From Macrostomum lignano (lineage: Eukaryota), in contig NIVC01003875.1 of the NCBI GenBank assembly GCA_002269645.1, positions 1 to 36,671 of the forward strand: a stretch of DNA of 36,671 bases, written 5' to 3'. Below, piece after piece: positions 1 to 8,588 of this stretch. Positions within the stretch are counted from its first letter, which is position 1. Every line of letters begins with the position of its first letter. A program made the position numbers and the translations under genes. The notes under the pieces were generated by a model. The model did not search any database and was not told the DNA's origin. It was given only the letters and a program-made list of their open reading frames with translations.

Positions 1-120
1 GAACAACAGGTACCGTCGAAAAGCTTGCGATAAGATGAAATGTCCGTTTTACTTTATTTGCATGTTTCCTTTGCAAAACTGCAGACGTGTACGATACGTG
101 CACACGCATCGTTTTCTGTC
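1..120 (+). repeat. 3' tail of an upstream array unit (long-junction form)
   Basis: Matches 31070-31189, part of the segment missing from the unit 1/2 junction. Confidence 0.93.
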
Positions 121-162
121 GTCTAGAAGCAACAATTTACCATACGGTAATTTAAAGGCTGC

Positions 163-290
163 GTGCATCCAACCCTGGCGCACTTTGGGCGTTTAAGCGA
201 CATTGTCACTTAAGCGACTCCCCTGGGCAGGCATACACACGAGCAGACCCCCACACAGGAGTGTACAGCGGCTTTGACTGTATTTATTTC
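163..290 (-). mobile_element. 5'-truncated, inverted copy of the tRNA-derived SINE (3' part only)
   Basis: Its reverse complement (…GCCGCTGTACACTCCTGTGTG…TATGCCTGCCCAGGGGAGTCG…ATGTCGCTTAAA…AAAGTGCGCCAGGGT) aligns with 560-695. Repeated at ~15319-15446 and ~31232-31359. Confidence 0.75.
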
Positions 291-364
291 TTTATAAAAT
301 TCGAAAAATTAGTTTTCAGGTAAATTTTCCTGTTTATAATCGAAGTTTATAAGCCGTGATGTTA

Positions 365-705
365 GGGGGGGGGGGCGTAGTCCAGCGGTCTAGCGCAGGC
401 TCTGGTGTGAGAGCAACCCAGGCTCGATTCCAAGTGCAGTCACATTAATTTGGGGCTGAATTGGAATTTCGGCTTGGCTCGCTTGTGCAATTAACGGCCT
501 TGAGAGCCAACCCCCAAGGCGCAGTGAAGTGTACATGCCTAACAATTGATAAAGTTAGGGCCGCTGTACAGTCCTGTGTGAGTGTGTGCCTGCGTAACGT
601 ATCCGCGCGTTGTATGCCTGCTCAGGGGAGTCGGCGGAATGGGCAGTAATGCCTCTCGCCGGTTGTGTGCCTATGTCGCTTAAAGTGCGCCAGGGTGCAC
701 ACAAC
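365..705 (+). mobile_element. tRNA-derived SINE, copy A
   Basis: G-run start. Pol III A-box-like TAGTCCAGCGG at 378-388 and B-box-like GGCTCGATTCC at 421-431. The body is not tRNA-like and is shared with a diverged copy at 10247-10636. Confidence 0.75.
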
Positions 706-2813
706 CCCCCTGTTTCTAATAAAAAAGCCGTGATGTTCCCTTTTTTTCAAATAATATAGATGAACCAAAGTTTTGCTGGAAAAACAAAAGACACGCAGAA
801 TTTTTATGCACTAGTTTGGTGTTAATTTGTAACTAGATTGTTTTAGCTGCAGAACCTGAAGTTTTTAAAAGGCCATACATGTATTGTCGGTTAAACTAAT
901 CAGCTGATGCATTTCACTAAAAAAATAATATTACGATTTCTGTATAACAATCTAAATAACTGTTACAGTGTATCTATTCGTTAACGAAATTTATAAACTC
1001 AATTTACTAGACTCATCCTAAACGCTGACTTCGAATAGTAGAAGTTATTTAGGGTTAGGCGAAGTGACGAAGACTGTTATTATAGCATAACGTGAAAGAC
1101 AGCGAGTATAAATGAACGAGGCCAGCAGACATAGACCGAAGAGCCGCTAGGTTCTGACCTTCGCTAGGTTACCGGCACTGCCATCAGAGATGTACCGCGA
1201 AATCGCCGAGCTGCGCCAATCTCCGAGCATTGAAAGCAGATGTCGCTCCACCACGGCGGAGCGAGTGCGTAGAGAAGCTGAAAGTTTCTGATGTGTCCCT
1301 TATTACCCGACTTATGGTAATCAAAGAACACTCACTTCTAGCTCAATAGCTAGGCAGCCCAGTAAGTCAATTAAAGGTACTTCTTACGTTGACGTCGCTT
1401 GGAGATATCTCTTCTGTAGTCTTCGAGTAGATCTCGCTTGTCTCTATGTGATCTCGTAGATCAGGCGCCTTGATTCTTCAGTTGCTCTGGTCCTGGTTCC
1501 TCTTGTACTTCCGATAAGTTCCTCCGGCCGGTATCTTCAGTCAGGACCAATCAGAGGCCTCGTATCAACAATGGGTACCCTGCGCCGAACAGCGGTTTGA
1601 ATTAAGCCTCCTTCTTCTAGCAGTGCCTTTATGCACTCTAGGTATGGCTCCGGAAACCACTGATAGTCCTCTAAGATCTATCAGGGGCAGTCCTTCTGGA
1701 GACTGCAACCAATGGAGTCTAAACAGACTCAAGAGTCTCAACAGACTCAAATAGACTCAAGTCTCAATAGACTTGAGCGAGACGTCTCTAACACAACGGG
1801 CGCAAATAAGGAAGGCTTACCGCAACAACTCGACCGAGTCTCGATTGACTTGGTGATCAGGAAGTCCTCCTAAGGCTTCCTCTTCGGAGCTTCTCCTCTC
1901 GTCGGGAGTTGGCTCCTGGTCCGCTTCGGACCGCTTGTATTTATAGGCAACTTTTTGATCCAAAATAGCATCATTACAAACCACGTGTTGCGCTAAAAGG
2001 GGAAAATGGCTCATGGCGTATCATTTTGGTAACATCTTTTCCTGGTAGCGTGATTCATTCAAAGCTTAGGCGCACATGCGTGTACTTACTTACTTATAGT
2101 AGCATTATACGATTATCTTCTTTTAACCTTTTTTAACGGGAGGTAGAACACTCTACATTTCCATTCCGGTCTTGCGAAACAAACGCTGCAGGCGGTGGCG
2201 AACCTCCACTGAGTCAGAAGGCCACCAAAATGGCGGCTCTGACGGACTAAGAATACGGGAAAGCTCTGAGACGTATCGAGAATTAGATTCAGCTGCCAGA
2301 GATGTCGGGGCGCAATTTGAGAGCGGCTGCTGAGCTCGGACCCATGACCGGGAGCTGGAGCTGGTGTGGATGCGCTCACCGATCAGCACTGTCTTTGAAC
2401 GAGCTACATAGATGGCCCGATTTCGGGTCATCCCGCCAGCCCCGAAGCGAACGGCCCGCGTTTGCAAAAGTCTATGGCAAATCAACCATCATCTCAGCAC
2501 ACCCGTTGCCGACGGGAATGGCCCGATTTCGGGTCAGCGTCTAACAATGTTGCAAAGAGTAGATTACGCAAAAAAATATTATTAGCTTAGAGATGTCATA
2601 CCTGTAATTATAATAACTCGTTTATAATAAAAATACTGCGGCAGTTTTCAACAAAACTGTAAAAATTGCTTTTACGAAGTAAGCTTGTTCCCAATGAAGC
2701 CGGAATAGTCTAATTACATGATTTATTAGGGACATTTTTAAAGAGGGAAATGATTTACAGACTGGAGCATCTGCAAGATACGAAAAAGTAAGCTGGTACA
2801 ATGGGTAGGTATT

Positions 2814-2909
2814 TAGGTAGGTAGGTAGGTAGGTAGGTAGGTAGGTAGGTAGGTAGGTAGGTAGGTAGGTAGGTAGGTAGGTTAGGTTAGGGTTAGGGTT
2901 AGGGTTAGG
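2814..2909 (+). repeat. (TAGG)17 followed by TTAGG(TTAGGG)3TTAGG
   Basis: Read directly. 17 units at 17971-18038 and 18 units at 33884-33955. Confidence 0.97.
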
Positions 2910-3131
2910 CTGAAAATTATTTGGCTTTTTTTACGCTATCACCTTGATTGCTGAGTGTACAGGCTGAAGTTTGAAGGCAACGAAAATGGAATAAAAAGGT
3001 AGACGAGAAGAATAAACAGACGATGCTGTCATATGTCATGCATGCATAAATTTTCCATCCTAACTTTTTTATGCGTAGCGTTTCTGTGAAGACACTTATA
3101 TACGAGTAACAATACAACAGCTTCAGCTTAT
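2907..3131 (+). repeat. ~225-bp interspersed repeat, unclassified
   Basis: A diverged inverted copy (roughly 90% identity by eye) lies at 30698-30923 with unrelated flanks. Array copies at 18064-18288 and 33981-34205. Confidence 0.85.
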
Positions 3132-3926
3132 AGGTTCAAATTTGTAAATTCTGTCCTACTCAAAGCTAAAAAACACGTATGATCATTGTATGAGCATTAT
3201 GTCGTGTTCCATTTTAATTAACTAAAAATAAGTTGTTTTGCAGTTGGAAGACATGTGATGTGTTTTAGGAAAAAACGACTCCACAGATTCATTAAACATT
3301 CTATCTGTTCTAAAATTAGCAAAGCATTCGACTTAAGCGACAGAAGTCCTCGTACACTGTCTTAACAAGTTTTCATTGCTTTCCATAAAGCACCATCCAA
3401 CCCAGTCAATAGTTTTAGTTTTCACCTGAGATTTCTTGTAAGACCATTATAGTTTAAATGTACTACACTTCGCTATGCTTTGATAGCAAATTATGAAGAT
3501 ATGAAATCAATTCTCTATATTGATATGACCAAAACACCAGAAATACTTCAGGGGGTGATTTCTGAAATGAAGTGTTGAGATACGGCACACTTTTACCTTC
3601 AAGGCATTCTGTATTACAATATTTATGATTTATTACGTTCTATATGGATAAACTCGAAACCAAAATCAGCGAAAATTGGAAGTCTTGTGTCAAAATTAGC
3701 CTCGAAATTAGTGGAAGAGTTGCCTAGATATTGCCAGATTTGGTTTTATATACTTTAATTAAAAGCTGTCTAAATTTGATGTTCGGCCTGTTTACTGGAA
3801 GTTGATTTAATTTAGTGGAAAGAAGATTAACGGGCATAAATACGAACAGGAACACTGAAACAGCAGTTTTCCGCTTACTAGCTCGTATGCCATGCCCGCA
3901 GCGCCCTGCAGCTGAACCAGACTGCG

Positions 3927-6900
3927 ATGAAAACATGCACCAGATTTTTTCGTTACTTTCAACTCATTGTGTTTGGCTTGTTATTTTGGTTTTCTCCATC
4001 CGGTACGTTTATTCTGTTTTGATTAGAGTCAGAAAAAACCAGTTTGCTCTTGCTAAAACGTGGGTTACTAAAAACGCAGAGTGCTGTTCCGGTAGGACGC
4101 TTTACTCGTCATCTGGAACGATCGCGTGCCCCTCCTCTGGAGGCCAGTATTCAAACAATTTGGATGTTTCCTGGTCTATTCGACCACGTGGTGTCAGCCG
4201 AATCCGATTCAGCAAGCTGGATGTGGATTCGTGCTGCGACAAAGTTTTAATTTATGAAAGCGCAATCTACGCATCAAGCAGCTCAGAGAAGTTTCGACTT
4301 GTGCATGCAAACGCGACTGAGTCTGAGTTCTGGGTGAATTCGCCCTTTGTTGTGCGGTTTCGAAGTGACGGGTTTCACACGAGATCCGGATTTCGGCTTT
4401 CTTACGAACGCCAGTGGGAATCGATTCCAGGTGAATTTTATGCCTTACGTTTATAACAGCACTCTGGTTGACTTTTGCTGATTTATTTGATCTCGGATGA
4501 AAATGGAATTTCAGCTGCTACTGAGGTCATTCGGCAGAGAAGCGGTGTCAGACGGAGCCATCCAGATGTCGGGTCCTACCGCAATAACTACAAAAAAGCT
4601 TGGAGTATTTACGTGCCCAGAAATTCCCGTGTTTTCATTCGATTCACAAAGTTCAACACGGAATCTGGCCGCGACTATCTTAGGATATATTCAGGACTTG
4701 TTCCGCGATATCAACACACGGCTCTGCAAGCGATTTCAGGCAATCATAGAATTCTTCATCCGTCATACACGTTTTCGCATAGCGTTACCCTAATTTTCAC
4801 TACTGACGGCTCTGTTGTCCGTGAAGGGTTCGAATTTGAGTTCAATGTCCGTGAGTGATACAAGACGTCAACAGTATCTGGCAGTTTTTTCAGTTTTATT
4901 CAATTCAGAAGTTAAACTGTTCAGTGCAGAAAATATAAGTTAAAAGTTATGCAATCTTATGTTTATAGTTTCTTTTCTCGGCCAGATACGGACAGAGAAG
5001 CAACATAGTTTCCATAGTTACTCGTAGTTACATAAATCTGAATAAGTCTCAACATTGTTTATGTTGATGCAGGTTATTTGTACTACGGATTATGCGCCAT
5101 CGGCCTATCGATTATAATGGATAATTAGTTTTAAGCAATGAGAAGAGAACTCTTATAAATTCTCTTTAGATTACATAAATATTATCAACTTCCACAAAAA
5201 ATCTTAACGCTGCTACATTTACTCAGTTTGATACTCTTTACAGATGATCATGAATTACTGTGGATCTTTTCAAAATGGACCAGAATGGCCATAGGTGGCT
5301 CGAAATTCAGTTTTTCACTGCTTTCTATGGATCGAAATGTATCAGCTAGGTGTTACTTAGATCTTGAATGTGGAAGGCAAACTTCGGAGATCGCAATGAA
5401 TTCCGTAAGCCGGGCATTTATCTGCATTAAATTTTCGAAAAAAGTGCTATATACGAGCGTAATTACTGGTTTAAGTTTTTCTTATAACTTTGCATAGTGA
5501 AGGTAATATCTCTTGACCTTTCAAGTTTGCATTCAAAAGCTTGGACAAATTTAAAGAGCCTCAGATTATATATGAATTGTTTTTGCAATTCCTCCAGACG
5601 ATCTACTCACAATGAAGATCAGTTAAAAAATTGTACCTGTTTTCTGGAATCATCTCAGACACTGCTGTCTGCATTCGAAACATCACGTGCAGATTCCGTG
5701 GCAGCGGTATCAATGAACTGATTGAATCGACTCCAGCACCTGATGGTAAACAACTTTCTTCAATCAGTTTTTGAGACTCTGCATAGATGTTTTTGAAGAA
5801 GCGAAGTGTCTGTATTGCAATATTAGCAAAGCGGTTCAGTAACTGTAGCAGATTTTGATTATCCTGCTCTAGTTTCCTTCATACATATGAATAACTTTCA
5901 GTTAAGCCAGCTTCACTTGAAATCAGCCTGATAAAGCCTGAGCTGTGGAGCCTCTCAGATAGTTTGATTCGGTTTCGAGCTGTGTCTCAAGCCGAGTGTC
6001 GGCGAGTGAGGCATCGCTGCGAGCTGAGGCTTTTCAATGGAAGCGCAGTCACTGCTGTGCAAGTGAAGCGGGTAAGAATAATGTAACAATGCGTAGTTAA
6101 AATATTTAGCATAATATAATATACTTAGAGTAATTGCTATGATAGGCGTGTACAACTAAACGATGTACACTGTAGGCCCGTACTGATATGCAGATATACG
6201 CAATTGTATTTTCCTTCAATTTACAATACCCAGCTAGCGTATTTTTATTCTGATACAATTGCTACGTCAAAACTTCAGCAAGCATCACAGCCACGTATTT
6301 CTCAGTGTGTGAGCAGAGTTCAAACAGATTTTACTCTGCTGGCTGAGCTCATCGACACAGTCAATTCTACGATAATTTGTTACAAGCAAGCCGGAACAGT
6401 CAACTATTCTCTGCCGGCTATGCAACTGCGTGAGTTGAGTTAAGATTATGAAGTTAATGCATAAATATATGCGTATAATATAAATAATGTATATAGAGCT
6501 CATTAAAAACAGGAATTTTATGTATGCGCATAAAATCACTACGTTAGAATATATAACAGTATATAGCTATATAAATATACATAAAAATATATATATATAA
6601 TATATATATATATAAATATAATATATTAGAATATATAATATATATAACTATAGAATCTTCATACGAGCGTAGAAGCATGATTAGCGATATAGAAAAAAAG
6701 CGAGAACGATTACGAAAGATTTTAACTGATTTATTTTTGTGATTAATTTCATTAATTTTTAATCAAATAATTAACTTATTTGACTCTGTTTTTAAATGAA
6801 GTAAAAAGGTGACATTTGCGAGAGTAGGTTTGCAGAGTTTAAATCATTTGTTCAACGTATGTCATATGTACCAGCTGATTTATTCAATGTTTGGAATGTC

Positions 6901-8291
6901 GAATAAAGAAAGGTATTATTATGATCGGCTCCTTACAATGGTCATTTCCTTATATCAGCTGTTCGAGAAATTCAATGGAGATTCCCAGAGTCTACTGAGA
7001 TCGCTGCGGGTGCTCCAATGCGCATTTTATTAACAACAGCTGCAAGCATCCGAGGCCTGTCAGCGAAATGTCGGCTGCACCAGGAGTGCGAGAATGGAAC
7101 CATCGAAGTCCCGATCCGTGTTGTAAGATATAATCAAAATATTTGATACTTAATGAAGGCAAAAAGAAATAATAATTTTGGCTAAACATATTTGGCATCC
7201 GATTAATGTCTATTAAGGTTGATACTATTTGATATATACTTCTTGTGCGAAGTACTAGCCATATTTCCCACAATATGCATACACCATCAATTATGAAGTT
7301 CACTCGTCGTTTTACCTGCTACCACAGGATCGAATCGTCTCGACATCTTCGGGAAAAGTATTCCAGTTTTTTGGACGATGGCAGCGTCAAGTGTGCAGCC
7401 GCAATGTGTCTTGCGCATTCTCTGTGCCAGGAATGCTCGGTTCGATTGAATTCAGCCAATTACCTCCAGGTATTGCTGTTGACCTCTCTTGTGATTCATT
7501 TATTTCATAACAGCTCATAAAAACATGCGTTCTTAATGCATTTACAACCGTTTCTCCGTTTTATTGATTTCAGTTGAACCAAATGACTTACAGCTTAAGT
7601 TGATTGATCCTGAGCTGTGGCTACTCAACGGAGCAATTCAGTTCCGTGCGGTTTCCGAACACGCCTGTCCCAGTGTGAGGCACCGCTGTGAGCTGAGGAC
7701 GGCTACTAACTATTCGATTCCCGCGACGCTAATAAAGAAGGTTGTTTTTGTCTGTTGGCAGCATTATGTAGCTCGCTATTTGTGCAAGATAGTATGCTTT
7801 GCTTAACTTCAGGATGTCTCGAAGCCCATCGGGCCGCAGTGCTTCAGCTCGGTGATGTCGCAGTTCTTGGCGTTCGCTCAGCCATCAGACGTAGCGGGTT
7901 CCACCGTGAGGTGCCGCCTGCTCAACGGCAGCTCTGCGCTGCTCGTGCTTCCCGAAAAGGGTTTTGGTGAGTTTCGCAGCTGATTTCAGATGTTATACAC
8001 GAGAAAGCAGCCCTGCTTTAAATATCGCCTCCATCAACAGGAGAGACGAGGCTGGCCGAAGTCTGGGAGCGGCCACTGCTAGCAGCTTCATCAACTACGG
8101 CTGTTCTCGCCATCATTGCACTGGTAGCAGTGGTGGCCTGCTTTGTGCTGATGAGATCTGGTCGGTGGCCACCTTGGAAAAAATCTCCGGATGCGTCAGT
8201 AGTGAATGAGTCAATGAAGATGCAAATGACAGTCAGTAACCAATATTATGGCGAATCAGCAGGCATTGTAAGCAGCTTTAATGTGATTTGA
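3927..8291 (+). CDS. 12-exon type I membrane protein gene, copy 1: signal peptide-CUB-CUB-X1-Y1-X2-Y2-TM-cytoplasmic tail, with in-frame TGA in exon 5
   Basis: Exons 3927-4002, 4080-4430, 4515-4850, 5244-5404, 5598-5745, 5902-6071, 6279-6429, 6959-7122, 7328-7469, 7574-7740, 7813-7966, 8041-8291. All 11 introns are GT-AG (72-529 nt) with compatible phases. Signal peptide MKTCTRFFRYFQLIVFGLLFWFSPSEC. CUB motifs YSNNLDVSWSI...FRSDG...GFRLSY and YRNN...WSI...FNTE..RDYLRIY...FTTDGS...GF. Internal homology exon 4~8, 5~9, 6~10, 7~11. TM LLAASSTTAVLAIIALVAVVACFVLM. Stop TGA at 8289-8291. Confidence 0.88.
6540..6655. repeat. AT-rich low-complexity (TA)n-like tract in intron 7
   Basis: Almost pure A/T with TATA iterations. 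Also at ~21697-21812. Confidence 0.85.
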
Positions 8292-8588
8292 GGCACCAGA
8301 CTTCATCATATTTTCAGCAATGTCAAATTATTAATCATGCTTGCATCCGACTTTCAGCCTGATGACTCAACCGGAGTTTACGTCACGTGAAAGAGCCACC
8401 AAAAATGACTAATTACTACATACAGAAGACGATCGATACGAGCTAAAAAACCTAAAAATCTAGGGCAGTAGCTTTTTCTAAAATTTTTAACCTAGGTCTA
8501 TTGCTGCTATAGTTTTACTTTGCTTAAAAGTCAGTAATTACTTTCAACATTAGGTGTATATGTATCTGATAAATTCGGCAACATTTGA

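Noticed and set aside
365-440. Genuine tRNA gene
   Set aside because: A and B boxes are present, but I could not fold a cloverleaf and the sequence continues into a shared SINE body.
1565-2544. Short ORFs (61-110 aa) as protein genes or gag/pol remnants
   Set aside because: No recognisable motifs. They overlap on both strands, and homopolymer indels change them between units.
2882-2909. True telomere
   Set aside because: Only three full TTAGGG units, internal, and repeated in every unit.
4003-4032. 24- or 30-nt in-frame micro-intron for the MHQIF frame
   Set aside because: Far shorter than the other introns (72 nt or more) and unnecessary given the 77-nt solution.
3815-4456. 213-aa ORF as the true gene start and a complete protein
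   Set aside because: It reads through intron 1 and into intron 2. A canonical 77-nt intron plus the ATG at 3927 gives a cleaner signal peptide joined directly to CUB1.
5497-5721. 74-aa ORF as the coding frame of exon 5
   Set aside because: It is mostly intron 4 and in the wrong frame. Homology to exon 9 (VCxRNxxCxF) is in the TGA-containing frame.
7245-7520. 91-aa Cys-containing ORF
   Set aside because: Alternative frame over exon 9. The phase-compatible frame DRIVSTSSGKVFQFFG… is the one homologous to exon 5.
7967-7989. 23-nt micro-intron GTGAGT…TTTCAG
   Set aside because: It gives a stop (TAA) within about ten codons. The acceptor at 8040 (74-nt intron) opens the TM exon in frame.
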